64,000 nt of DNA, from positions 251,853 through 315,852 of the IMG/VR virus record IMGVR_UViG_3300032245_001860, one strand, 5' to 3'. Shown here in pieces: positions 12,801 through 22,256 of the stretch (within the stretch, counting starts at the first letter, position 1; every line of letters begins with the position of its first letter). The notes below the pieces were generated by a model. The model made no database searches, was not told the origin of the DNA, and saw only the letters and a list, made by a program, of their open reading frames with translations. Both the position numbers and the translations under genes were made by a program.

Positions 12801-14564
12801 GGAACAGTCCAATTTAAATCTGGAAGTGGTTTTGCTGGTACAAATAGTTTATTCTTTGATACAAACTTACTTGGATTAAGAGTTTCAGGTTTCCCCGGAG
12901 GCAATACACCTTCGTCAACAGATGCTGTGTTGAAACTTGAAGCAACTGTAGGCTCATTCAATGGAAGTGTGAATGGTACTTATATTGCAGTAAATGCTCC
13001 TACTGGATTTGCTGGAGATTTAATGAATCTTCAAGTCAACGCAATCTCAAGGTTCAGGATTGATAATACAGGTGCTGCCACTGCTGGTACGTTTAATTTT
13101 AGTGGTACATCTTCAATCACAAATGGATTGAATAGTTCTTCTACAACTACAGGAACATTAACTGTTGCTGGTGGTGTTGGATTTACTGGTAATGCCTTTA
13201 TTGGTGGAACTGTTAATATTACAAATACAACATTGCCTGGATATGGATCTACTACTTCTGGTGCATTAGTTGTTGCTGGTGGAGTTGGCATTGGTGGAAG
13301 TGTTTATATTGGTGGTCAGATTGGTGTAGGTGGAACTCTTGACTATAATGCGCCTGGCAATGTTGCATATTTTGCTGGCAATTCTAATTCATACACTCAA
13401 GTTATAGTTCATAATCATAATGCTGGTAATAATGCATCATCTGACTATATTGTAAGTAATGATAGCACAACAGATACCACTTTCTTTGGCGACTTTGGCA
13501 TGAACTCTTCTGGCTGGGCTGCTACAACATCTGCTTACAATACAGCAAATGCGGTTTATTTAGCATCCAACTCTGGTGATCTTGCTATCGGAACTCTTAC
13601 AACTAATCCAATCAGATTTTTCTATAATAATGGTACTTCTGATGCTGTAGTTTTTGGTGCAACAGCTGCAACCGTAAACTATGGCACAAACTCTACATCA
13701 ACAACTTCTGGTGCATTGCAAGTCAAGGGTGGTTTGGGTATCACTGGAAACGCATTCATTGGTGGTACTACTTCAATTACAAATACAACTGCTTCAACTT
13801 CAATTGCTTCAGGTGCTTTGGTTGTATCTGGTGGTGCTGGTATTGCTCAAACATTATTTGTTGGTGGAAGCATATCAAATGCAAATTATTTCTATTCTGG
13901 TGGAAATAATTTTGCTAAATCAGGTCAGGCTCAAGGCGATATTCTTCTCGATAATAACGCAAATGACACTCCTGGTGTTTTGTATTATTACAGAAATAAT
14001 ACTAACTTTGGTACTGATGTATTCGCAACTGGTATTGGGTCAACAAGATATAGAATTGTCAAAGACTTAAATGAATCTGGTGGATCTGAACTTTGGAGCA
14101 TTGACAGAACTGGTGTTGTAACTCAAACTGCTTGGGCTCCTGGTGAAATTATCAAAATGACAGTGCTTGTAGGCGCTGACCTGACAGGAGGTAGTACAAC
14201 AACAATTAGTACCACATCTGATACTGATGTTGCATCATATTCGTATACACCAGTTTCTTCAAACTCATATTTAGTGATCGAATTTACAACAAGATATTCT
14301 GTAGCTGGTGCAGCAGCAGACGATTTTGTTTCAAGAATAGCTGTTGATGGAGCAGAACAAAGTTACAATGTTCAAGTTTGGATCAATGGTGCTGGTGGTG
14401 GCACAAGATCTGGCACCTTATTCCCATTGATGGCAAGATACACGAATTCCAATACTACTGCCAAAACAATTTCAGTAACTGTCAGAAGAGGCACTTCTGA
14501 CGATAATGCAACAGTTTACAAAGATACAACCACTGTAATGAAAATCACGGAAATTGGCAGATAA
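9876..14564 (+). CDS. Tail-fibre protein (1562 aa)
   Basis: N-terminal LNFPxNP...F/WRY/WDGxxW motif; many GALVVxGGVGIG repeats; three copies of RLQxFNGxNYTAFVSSASGNTVYTLPAT. Confidence 0.85.
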   Translation: MADLNFPLNPQVNDYYTLNGKTFRYDGSKWRFATQSIVTVNSGSALTSLNSLTNSAQDFSVGVSGSLFNISSAGNTHTFNIPIAGSGSTGLISTGVQTISGAKTFTSSIVGDLTGTATTAINLNTVSAASNATHYVLFSPANGGSGVAVSSDTGLTFNPSSNTVSLSTLSATTVNTSTASVSGSTASTNTSTGALVVTGGVGIGQSISIGGRLQLFNGSNYTAFVSSASGNTVYTLPATTPATGTSVLQSDTTGTLSWVAMTATGGASGNTAANVNVNSASTNASHFLIFSPTATGSGVALSSESALVYNPSTDILSVSGLAVTSGTSSTSSSTGSLIVSGGVGIGGTLFVGNTIGVNSGASGLLLQKLVGGNYGAIYSAGVTPSATNYTMITDGTSVNFNGTGGVYFNISNSNKIQVTTNNINIVPTAGSSSTSTGSLTVAGGVGIGGSLFVTSATNISGVIINSGVITGSLTGTATSAGFATTAGLATTAGLATTAGFATTATNINVVLASSNASHPVLFTPTSGSASGLAVSSNSTLVYNPSTDLLSVSGVAITVSTASTSTSTGALVVTGGVGIGQSVSVGGRLQMFNGANYTAFVSSASGNTVYTLPATSPATGTSVLQSTSAGVLSWVAMTSSSSGNTAQNIAINTAGNVNVFHPILFTPSSLSAGSAVSSDTTITFNPSTETLNVSGLAITSGTASTNTTTGALVVRGGLGVTGQLTFATASLGFTGITSNPSMSFIGNTSSAPITMTVLTDNSLNWEGSQGSVFSIDSNLSSGEIFSVSDISGLPIISASAGQTVNINEFGGYTQIGNGSINSSSTSTGSLVIAGGLGFTGNAFIGGTTTIVNGANSTSTGSGSLVVRGGIGITGNAFIGGTTSVTSTSASINTGSGALVVSGGVGIGQSASVGGRLQMFNGANYTAFVSSASGNTVYTLPATSPATGSSVLISSSAGVLSWASLTAVGYTASGTADGTVQFKSGSGFAGTNSLFFDTNLLGLRVSGFPGGNTPSSTDAVLKLEATVGSFNGSVNGTYIAVNAPTGFAGDLMNLQVNAISRFRIDNTGAATAGTFNFSGTSSITNGLNSSSTTTGTLTVAGGVGFTGNAFIGGTVNITNTTLPGYGSTTSGALVVAGGVGIGGSVYIGGQIGVGGTLDYNAPGNVAYFAGNSNSYTQVIVHNHNAGNNASSDYIVSNDSTTDTTFFGDFGMNSSGWAATTSAYNTANAVYLASNSGDLAIGTLTTNPIRFFYNNGTSDAVVFGATAATVNYGTNSTSTTSGALQVKGGLGITGNAFIGGTTSITNTTASTSIASGALVVSGGAGIAQTLFVGGSISNANYFYSGGNNFAKSGQAQGDILLDNNANDTPGVLYYYRNNTNFGTDVFATGIGSTRYRIVKDLNESGGSELWSIDRTGVVTQTAWAPGEIIKMTVLVGADLTGGSTTTISTTSDTDVASYSYTPVSSNSYLVIEFTTRYSVAGAAADDFVSRIAVDGAEQSYNVQVWINGAGGGTRSGTLFPLMARYTNSNTTAKTISVTVRRGTSDDNATVYKDTTTVMKITEIGR

Positions 14565-15256
14565 TGGGAACGAAATATAATCCAAGTATTGTGAGAAATG
14601 GATTAGTATATTATATTGATGCTGCAAACTCCAGAAGTTATAGTGGGTCTGGAATTACTGCTTATGAACTCAAATTAAGTGGAATTGGTGGAACTTTAGT
14701 AAATGGAGTTGGATTCAGTAGTGCAAACAATGGAAGTTTTATTTTTGATGGTACAAATGACTATATCCAAATTCCAGTGAGTTATATTCCTTCAGGTAAT
14801 GAAGTTTCAGTTTGCTTATGGAATTTTGGAACTACAGCGCAAACTTCTTCAGTGTTTTCAGCGCATTCAGCTGATGAATTTAGAACAATTAACATACACC
14901 TGCCTTGGAACGACAATGTAGTTTATTGGGATGCTGGATTTTCTGCCGGAACATATGACAGAATAAATACTGCAACTTTGACAAATACTCAATGGCAGGG
15001 TTGGCATCATTGGGCATTTATAAAAAATGCAACGACTGGTGTCATGGAATTGTATTTAGATGGTGTCTTAAATGTTTCTGGAACATCAAAAACACGCACT
15101 ATGCCTACCCCATCTCAAGCTTTCATTGGTAGATTTCAAATATCATCACCACTATATCATATAGGAAGAGTATCACTTCTTCATCTTTACAATCGTGCAT
15201 TGACAGCTCAAGAAGTATTGCAAAATTATAATGCCACAAAGAAGAGGTACATTTAA
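14564..15256 (+). CDS. LamG/concanavalin A-like lectin domain protein (array copy 1)
   Basis: DAANSRSYSGSG start, FDGTNDY, WHHWAF, YNRALTAQEVLQNYNA end. Confidence 0.85.
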   Translation: MGTKYNPSIVRNGLVYYIDAANSRSYSGSGITAYELKLSGIGGTLVNGVGFSSANNGSFIFDGTNDYIQIPVSYIPSGNEVSVCLWNFGTTAQTSSVFSAHSADEFRTINIHLPWNDNVVYWDAGFSAGTYDRINTATLTNTQWQGWHHWAFIKNATTGVMELYLDGVLNVSGTSKTRTMPTPSQAFIGRFQISSPLYHIGRVSLLHLYNRALTAQEVLQNYNATKKRYI

Positions 15257-15888
15257 TGGGCCTCAAACATCATCCAAGAATAGTAACAAATGGAATGTTT
15301 CTTTACTATGATGCTGCTAATACAAGAAGTTATAGCGGTAGTGGTGTAACTATCAACAATTTGTTTTCAGGTTTTGGATGTACTCTTGTTAATGGCCCCA
15401 CATACTCATCAAATAATGCTGGTTATTTTTCTTTTGATGGTACTAATGATTATGCTCAACTCACTCTACCAGCACTTACAAATTGGAGTTTTTCATTCTG
15501 GATCTATAACCATACAGTTCCTGTCTCTGAAAAACAATTATTATCTACATCTGGCGATGTTGTTGGCTTGAGTATGATAAGCACCAAATATAATATATGG
15601 AATGGTGCTACTAACGTCACTGGTGCATCTGTAGCGCAAAGTACTTGGTCTAATGTTGTTTTTATTAATGTAAGTGGTATAGCAAGTACTATTTACATTG
15701 ATGGAGCTCTTGATAGAAGATTTTCCACAAGCAACAGTATAAGCGCTGGTTCTGCTCAACTTATGGCTATTCTTTCAACTTTAAGAAACACTCAAGCTTA
15801 TTTAGGCAGTTTTTTAGGATACAACAGAGCTTTGTCATCTCAAGAAGTTTTACAAAATTATAATGCCACTAAAAAGAGGTATCAATAA
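15256..15888 (+). CDS. LamG-like protein (copy 2)
   Basis: Same conserved termini; TAATG stop/start overlap. Confidence 0.85.
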   Translation: MGLKHHPRIVTNGMFLYYDAANTRSYSGSGVTINNLFSGFGCTLVNGPTYSSNNAGYFSFDGTNDYAQLTLPALTNWSFSFWIYNHTVPVSEKQLLSTSGDVVGLSMISTKYNIWNGATNVTGASVAQSTWSNVVFINVSGIASTIYIDGALDRRFSTSNSISAGSAQLMAILSTLRNTQAYLGSFLGYNRALSSQEVLQNYNATKKRYQ

Positions 15889-16619
15889 TGGGCGTAAAAT
15901 CTGGACCAAGAATTATAAAGGATTCATTGATAATTCATCTTGATGCTTCAGTGTCCAGAGCTTATAGTGGCTCTGGCAACACTTGGTATGATATAAGTGG
16001 AAATAATAATCATGGATATTTAGTTAATACTCCGACATTTAACTCGTCAGGCGCAGCAAGTAATTTTTCATTTAATGGAACTGACGAATACGTTGATATC
16101 ACCACGTCACCAAATACATTTTCATATAACAGATCGAGTTTTACAGTATTGGGATGGGTAAGATTCACTTCATTGCCAAATCCTTTTTATGCTGGGACTA
16201 TAATTGGAAAATGGAATATTGGTTCTGATCAATTCAATGAATTTATATTAAATACACAAGATGAAACAAGAACATTTGTCTTAGGTGTTGATTTTGATGA
16301 TTCGCTGTCTCCAAATAATGCTGTTAGCGATATTGTTACAACAAATACAACTTACACTACAAATATTTGGTATCATGTTTGTGGTACTTTTAATAATGGT
16401 GTCTCCTCAATTTATCTTAATGGTATATTAGAAAATTCTGCAACAAGTGCATACACAACAATAAGAACAGATAACACAGCTTATTTAAGATCTGCACTAT
16501 TTTACACTAATTTATATTCTGTAGGTCAAAGATCAATAATACAGATGTACAATCGTGCGTTAACAGCTCAAGAAGTATTGCAAAATTACAATGCTACAAA
16601 GAGGAGGTATGGTCTCTAA
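15888..16619 (+). CDS. LamG-like protein (copy 3)
   Basis: WYHVCGTF...IYLNG, YNRALTAQEV. Confidence 0.85.
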   Translation: MGVKSGPRIIKDSLIIHLDASVSRAYSGSGNTWYDISGNNNHGYLVNTPTFNSSGAASNFSFNGTDEYVDITTSPNTFSYNRSSFTVLGWVRFTSLPNPFYAGTIIGKWNIGSDQFNEFILNTQDETRTFVLGVDFDDSLSPNNAVSDIVTTNTTYTTNIWYHVCGTFNNGVSSIYLNGILENSATSAYTTIRTDNTAYLRSALFYTNLYSVGQRSIIQMYNRALTAQEVLQNYNATKRRYGL

Positions 16620-17326
16620 TGGGCATTGATGTTGGACCTATTGAAGTAGTAGATGGATTAGTATTTCATATAGATGCTGGAAATACAAGAAGCTATTCTG
16701 GTTCTGGTATTACTGTTAATGCTTTGGTAGGTATTGGGGCCACTTTAGTAAATGGAACAGGATTCAGTACTTCAAACTCTGGGTATTTTTCGCTTGATGG
16801 TACAAATGATTATATTAATGTACCAAGTGGATTTACCAATTATTTCAAAAGTAATGATAATTGGACTGTAGATTTATGGGTCAAGCTTCTTTCGCAAACA
16901 GCAGGTGAGCCAGTGTTGGTTTCAGCAGGACCTTCAATAGGTTACTTTGATTTGTTTTTAGAAGTTGGAGATAATCAAATATATTTTGCTGCAGGACGTG
17001 GTTCAAATTCTGGATATATTCAAAATCAAAATGTATCAAGTACTTTAGGATACAATTTGACTACTGGTTTTTTCAATATAGTATTTATAAAAAACGGCAC
17101 TTCATCTGGCAGTGTTTATGTTAATTCAATAAATATTCCAATGTCAGTAAGTGGCTCAGGTCTTTCAAGTATGCCAAGTATCAATGAAGACTTAAGAATT
17201 GGAACATTTAAACAGTCAGGTTTTGAATTGCATGGATTTATTCCTCAAGTCCAAATATATAACAAAGCTTTATCAGCCTCAGAAGTTATTCAAAATTATA
17301 ATGCCACAAAAGGGAGATATAAATAA
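16619..17326 (+). CDS. LamG-like protein (copy 4)
   Basis: Conserved termini, YNKALSASEV. Confidence 0.85.
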   Translation: MGIDVGPIEVVDGLVFHIDAGNTRSYSGSGITVNALVGIGATLVNGTGFSTSNSGYFSLDGTNDYINVPSGFTNYFKSNDNWTVDLWVKLLSQTAGEPVLVSAGPSIGYFDLFLEVGDNQIYFAAGRGSNSGYIQNQNVSSTLGYNLTTGFFNIVFIKNGTSSGSVYVNSINIPMSVSGSGLSSMPSINEDLRIGTFKQSGFELHGFIPQVQIYNKALSASEVIQNYNATKGRYK

Positions 17327-17988
17327 TGGGACTTGATCATTCTCCCTTAATTGTGACTGATGGATTGTCAGTATATCTTGATGCCGGAAACACAAGAAGC
17401 TATTCTGGATCTGGCACAACAGTATATGACTTGAGTGGATCTGGAAACACATCTGCGCTAACAAATGGGCCAACATATTCTTCTTCAAATTTAGGTTATT
17501 TTGTGTTAGATGGAACAAATGATTATATAAATGTAAATTCTCTCTCAAATATTTTATCAAAGACAGCGTACACTAAAATTGCTTATTTTTATGTAACAAG
17601 TTTTTCTACTGCCAATAATATTGTTAGTGGTGGAGTTTCAGGCGAACATGCATTTTGGTTAGCAGCTTCAAATAGATTGTATGGCGGTCACAATGGTGCA
17701 TGGACCACTGTAACAGGAGGTACAATTCTTTCTTTGAATACATGGTATTTTGGCGCAATATCATATAGTAGTTCAACTGGATGGAAGCTTTACTTAAATG
17801 GAAGAGAAGATGCTTCAAGTGCAAATACAACTACTTTCAATGGCAATCAAGAAATATTGATTGGTGCTTACGGTGCTGGAAATTACTTTACTGGAAGAAT
17901 ATCCAATGTTCAAGTTTACAACAGAGTATTATCCGCTACAGAAATAGTACAAAATTACAATGCTACTAAAAAAAGGTATGGGCTTTAA
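17326..17988 (+). CDS. LamG-like protein (copy 5)
   Basis: WYFGAISY...LYLNG, YNRVLSATEI. Confidence 0.85.
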   Translation: MGLDHSPLIVTDGLSVYLDAGNTRSYSGSGTTVYDLSGSGNTSALTNGPTYSSSNLGYFVLDGTNDYINVNSLSNILSKTAYTKIAYFYVTSFSTANNIVSGGVSGEHAFWLAASNRLYGGHNGAWTTVTGGTILSLNTWYFGAISYSSSTGWKLYLNGREDASSANTTTFNGNQEILIGAYGAGNYFTGRISNVQVYNRVLSATEIVQNYNATKKRYGL

Positions 17989-18668
17989 TGGGCATTGATT
18001 ATAATAATGTTATCGTCACTGATGGATTAGCTGTTTATTTAGATGCAGCAAATTCAAGAAGCTATTCAGGCTCTGGAAATACTTGGTACAATTTAATTTC
18101 CGGGGCTATTGGTGGAACTATTGTAGGAGTAGGTTATTCTACTTTAAGTGGTGGGTATTTTAATTTTACAGGAAGTCAATATATGACTTTTGCTTCTACT
18201 CCACCAATAGGACAGTCAACTTTGTCTTCTACTGTTGAAATTATATCTTACAGGAATTCAGCTGGTCCATTTGAAGTTATGTTAGGAGGTGGCCCATATA
18301 GCTTGAATCAAAGTTACTGGTTTGGTCATCGTGCAAATAACAATAATTTTATGATGGCTCATTGGGCTAATGACTCTGATAGTGCTACCCCAACAACAAA
18401 TATAGCTTGGAATCAATATGTTGCTGTTTTTGATAATAGTATAGGAAGAAGAGCTACATATTATAACAGTGCAATCTTGAATAATGAAGCATCTGGTGTG
18501 AACAATACATCTAATTCAAGTTATTTTTTAGGAGCATATAGAGAATCAGGTGGATCTCCTCAATATCATTATAGTGGGAGAATAGCTTCATTGAAAATTT
18601 ACAATAGAGTTTTATCACAAGCAGAAATCACACAAAATTATAATGCCATGAAAGCAAGGTTTAGATAA
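17988..18668 (+). CDS. LamG-like protein (copy 6)
   Basis: Conserved termini, YNRVLSQAEI. Confidence 0.85.
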   Translation: MGIDYNNVIVTDGLAVYLDAANSRSYSGSGNTWYNLISGAIGGTIVGVGYSTLSGGYFNFTGSQYMTFASTPPIGQSTLSSTVEIISYRNSAGPFEVMLGGGPYSLNQSYWFGHRANNNNFMMAHWANDSDSATPTTNIAWNQYVAVFDNSIGRRATYYNSAILNNEASGVNNTSNSSYFLGAYRESGGSPQYHYSGRIASLKIYNRVLSQAEITQNYNAMKARFR

Positions 18669-19996
18669 TGGGAATATCTGCTGGACCCAATTCTATTTCT
18701 GATACTCTGGCATTTCATATTGATCCAGCTAACCCAAGATCGTATCCAGGCTCAGGAAATACAATTTATGATTTATCAGGCAATGGAAATACAAGTTTCT
18801 TTACCAATGGTGCATTTTACCAGAACTATTCAAAAGGTGCAGTAAATGTAGATGGAAATGATGACTATATTTCAACTCCTTTGTTCAATCTTACATCTCC
18901 AGTCACTGTTTCTGTATGGGTGAAGAATGTAATTAATGATTCTCCTGTTTTTAGTGCTTCTGGTCCTGGAGTTACCTACGGAAACAATGAGGTTATTCAT
19001 TATTTTAGTGGTAAAAGCATTCTAATCGCTGGAAATCCTGCTGCTGGAAAATATTTTCAATTTCCGCAATTGAATTTGAACCAATGGTCTAATTTAGTGA
19101 TGACCAGAGACGCCAGCAACAATATGTCAGTATATCTAAATGGAATAGGTTCTACATCAAACACACAATCATATTCTAACACCTTACAAATGAACCAGAT
19201 AGGAAGATATTCTGCATTTACCAATATATATAATGCAAAAGGCTCAATTGGTGAAGTAAAGATTTATAATCGTGCTTTATCAGCTTCAGAAGTTTTGCAA
19301 AATTATAATGCTTCCATAAAAAGATATTCACCAGAAGAAAATATTGTTACTAATGGGTTAGTACTTAATTTAGACGCTGCAAATTATCTTTCTTATGCTG
19401 GTTCTGGAAATACAGCATTTGATTTGAGTGGTTTTGGAAATACTGCAACTCTGGTTAATGGCACTGGATTTACTGGAACAAATGGTGGAACGTTTCTTTT
19501 CGATGCTACTAATGATTATATTAGTATAGGCACTGCTTCTTCTGTAAAACCAACACAATTAACTTTTGCATGTTTATTTAAAATAAATGCAATAACATCG
19601 GTCAATGTAATAGCTGGAAAGCAAGGTGTTGGTAATGGTGCTGCATCTTACGCTTTAGTAGTACAAAATGGACAATTACATTTCAGGATAAGTAATTCAA
19701 GTGGCACAGAATACAATGCGTCAACTGCTTTTTCAAATACATCAAGTTATAATTATGCAGTTGGGGCTTATGATGGTTCAAATTTAATACTTTATCTCAA
19801 TGGGGCATCTGTAGGTGGTTCTTCCGTAGCTATTTCAATTGCATATTCTGACTCATATCCTTTGTTAATGGGTTATTATGCCAACTCGATTGCTACTAAT
19901 ATGAGTATTGGTTCTTTAAAACTATACAATCGAGTTTTATCTGCCCAAGAAATTCAACAAAACTTTAATGCTTTACGTGAGCGGTATAACATTTAA
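18668..19996 (+). CDS. Double LamG-like protein (copy 7, two fused units)
   Basis: Two complete units joined at KRYSPEENIVTNGLVLNLDA. Confidence 0.85.
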   Translation: MGISAGPNSISDTLAFHIDPANPRSYPGSGNTIYDLSGNGNTSFFTNGAFYQNYSKGAVNVDGNDDYISTPLFNLTSPVTVSVWVKNVINDSPVFSASGPGVTYGNNEVIHYFSGKSILIAGNPAAGKYFQFPQLNLNQWSNLVMTRDASNNMSVYLNGIGSTSNTQSYSNTLQMNQIGRYSAFTNIYNAKGSIGEVKIYNRALSASEVLQNYNASIKRYSPEENIVTNGLVLNLDAANYLSYAGSGNTAFDLSGFGNTATLVNGTGFTGTNGGTFLFDATNDYISIGTASSVKPTQLTFACLFKINAITSVNVIAGKQGVGNGAASYALVVQNGQLHFRISNSSGTEYNASTAFSNTSSYNYAVGAYDGSNLILYLNGASVGGSSVAISIAYSDSYPLLMGYYANSIATNMSIGSLKLYNRVLSAQEIQQNFNALRERYNI

Positions 19997-19998
19997 TT

Positions 19999-20685
19999 AT
20001 GGGACTTGCACATTCTCCAGCTGTAATTGTCGATGGTTTAGTATTGTATCTTGATGCATCCAATTCAAGGAGCTACTCTGGATCTGGACTTACTGTAAAT
20101 GGGTTGGTTAGCGGTATTGGTGGATCTCTTATAAATGGGGTTGGATTTACAAGCTCAAATAGTGGAAGTTTTGTTTTTGATGGCACTAATGATGGTATGT
20201 ATTTCTCTACATATAATTTTTCAACTGGTGATTTTACTATGGAAGTTTGGTTGAAATTGAATGCATATCCACCTACTGCCAATTCAGCTATTATAGCTAA
20301 TAGAAACGGCACAACTGACGATGGATGGCTTTTTGATATAAATAGTAACCAAAAAGCCAGATTAGTTTTTCAAAATAATGCTGGCACTGTTTACACTATT
20401 GAAACTTTAGATATTATAAATTTGAATCAATGGACAAATCTCACTGCTATAAGATCAAATACTTCCTTATCATTTTACAGAAATAGTATATTTCAAGCAA
20501 GTACATCCTTTCCGTCAAACTACAATATTAATTCGCCAATATCAAATGATTATGTAGGTAGATATCAAAGTTCAAGTGGTTTTTTGAGTGGAAATATATC
20601 GAAAATACAATACTACAACAGAGCCTTATCATCCACAGAAGTCCTCCAAAATTATAACACTACAAGAAAGAGATTTGGATTGTAA
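19999..20685 (+). CDS. LamG-like protein (copy 8)
   Basis: Conserved termini, FTMEVWLK, YNRALSSTEV. Confidence 0.85.
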   Translation: MGLAHSPAVIVDGLVLYLDASNSRSYSGSGLTVNGLVSGIGGSLINGVGFTSSNSGSFVFDGTNDGMYFSTYNFSTGDFTMEVWLKLNAYPPTANSAIIANRNGTTDDGWLFDINSNQKARLVFQNNAGTVYTIETLDIINLNQWTNLTAIRSNTSLSFYRNSIFQASTSFPSNYNINSPISNDYVGRYQSSSGFLSGNISKIQYYNRALSSTEVLQNYNTTRKRFGL

Positions 20686-21398
20686 TGGCAGTAGGATATA
20701 ACCCAAGCATTGTATCAGATGGATTAGCTTTGTATATAGATGCTGCTAATCAAAGAAGTTATTCTGGATCTGGAAATACTTGGTACGACCTTTCTGCAAA
20801 TTTAAACCATGCACAAAAAATTAATTCTCCAAATTACATAAATAATGCTGGAATTGGTTTTACATTTGATGGAAATGGAACTAATTATTTTGATCTTGAT
20901 AGTAAGTCATCCTTAGTAAATGGCAATGCAGGAACTGTTGGTGGATGGGTTAGATTTAATTCTGCCCCAAATAATGCCAACTATGTTTTTGTCAGTTATG
21001 GTGGAAATGCATATGGCGGAGGTTTTTTGCTTATATATACAGGATTAGATGGTGCAAATAGAGGACTTACATTTCAAGCTTTTGGTGGAAGTATAAGTCC
21101 TTCGGTTGATTGCGGTATTAGCTATGCTGCATCATCAATATACGCTGGACAAGACATTCATATGGTTGCAACTTGGACCACATCTGAAGTCAAACTTTAT
21201 TTAAACGGACAGCTCAAAGCTACAGCTGCAAACAATGCTGCAATTCCTTCAAAATCTACATTGAGAATAAGTAGTGAAGGCGGTAGATCAAGAGGTGTTA
21301 ATGGCAACGTATACACTTGCTCAATCTACAATCGTGCCCTTTCACAACAAGAAATTCTCCAAAATTTCAATGCTACAAGATTTAGATATGGAATATAA
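20685..21398 (+). CDS. LamG-like protein (copy 9)
   Basis: Conserved termini, HMVATW...LYLNG. Confidence 0.85.
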   Translation: MAVGYNPSIVSDGLALYIDAANQRSYSGSGNTWYDLSANLNHAQKINSPNYINNAGIGFTFDGNGTNYFDLDSKSSLVNGNAGTVGGWVRFNSAPNNANYVFVSYGGNAYGGGFLLIYTGLDGANRGLTFQAFGGSISPSVDCGISYAASSIYAGQDIHMVATWTTSEVKLYLNGQLKATAANNAAIPSKSTLRISSEGGRSRGVNGNVYTCSIYNRALSQQEILQNFNATRFRYGI

Positions 21399-21482
21399 GA
21401 CATTTTACATTCCATGAAGAAATATTTTATAACACAAATAGCGAATAAATAAGAGAAAAGAAAAAATTCTTTAGGTTTCTTT

Positions 21483-22241
21483 ATGGCAGCACTTAATTTC
21501 CCAACATCCCCAGTAACAAATCAGATTTACACAGCTAATGGTAAATCTTGGAGATGGGACGGCACTGCATGGAAAACCTATAATACCCTAAGCATTTCAG
21601 GAGGAGGAACTGGACTAACATCTATAACCACCGGAAATGCTTTTTTATCCTCTAATTCAGCAGGTACAGCTCTTACATATAGAACATTTACAGCTGGATC
21701 TGGAATGCAAATTACTATATCTGCTAATGATGTTACTTTTGCAGCAACAGGAGTAACAGCAGGAACAGTAACAGGAACAGGTACCTCAGGATATGTACCT
21801 GTTTGGACAGCTTCAGGAACAGCACTTACTAATTCGCTTATAAATCAAGTTGGATCTGTCGTTAATGTAAATGGATCTATTAAAGCAGTAACTAAAAGCT
21901 TTAAGATTGATCACCCATTAGACCCAAAAAATAAATATCTGGAGCATGGATCCCTTGAAGGACCAGAACATGGAGTTTATCAAAGGGGAACAGCATCAGG
22001 CTACAAAGAAGTGGAAGTTCTAATGCCTGATTACTTCGTTGCACTATGCGAAGACAATTATTCAATCCAAATCACATCAAGAATCAATGCACACCTTTAC
22101 GTTTCTCAAAGTAACAAAAATGGTTTTAAAGTGAAAAGGATTGGAGGGTTAATTTTCAGTAATCAATATATTGAGTTCGATTATTTTATTGTTGGAGAAA
22201 GAAAAGACGTAAAAATTGAACTAATACAATCTAAAAAGTAG
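21483..22241 (+). CDS. Short fibre protein with KSFxIDHP/LEGPE C-terminal domain
   Basis: N-terminus matches ORF 9876; C-terminus KSFKIDHP...HGSLEGPEHGVYQRG. Confidence 0.7.
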   Translation: MAALNFPTSPVTNQIYTANGKSWRWDGTAWKTYNTLSISGGGTGLTSITTGNAFLSSNSAGTALTYRTFTAGSGMQITISANDVTFAATGVTAGTVTGTGTSGYVPVWTASGTALTNSLINQVGSVVNVNGSIKAVTKSFKIDHPLDPKNKYLEHGSLEGPEHGVYQRGTASGYKEVEVLMPDYFVALCEDNYSIQITSRINAHLYVSQSNKNGFKVKRIGGLIFSNQYIEFDYFIVGERKDVKIELIQSKK

Positions 22242-22256
22242 TTTAGGGGCAAAGTT

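Noticed and set aside
14564-21398. Diversity-generating retroelement or invertase shufflon acting on the LamG array
   Set aside because: No reverse transcriptase, template repeat, adenine-specific differences, recombinase or inverted cassettes seen in the window
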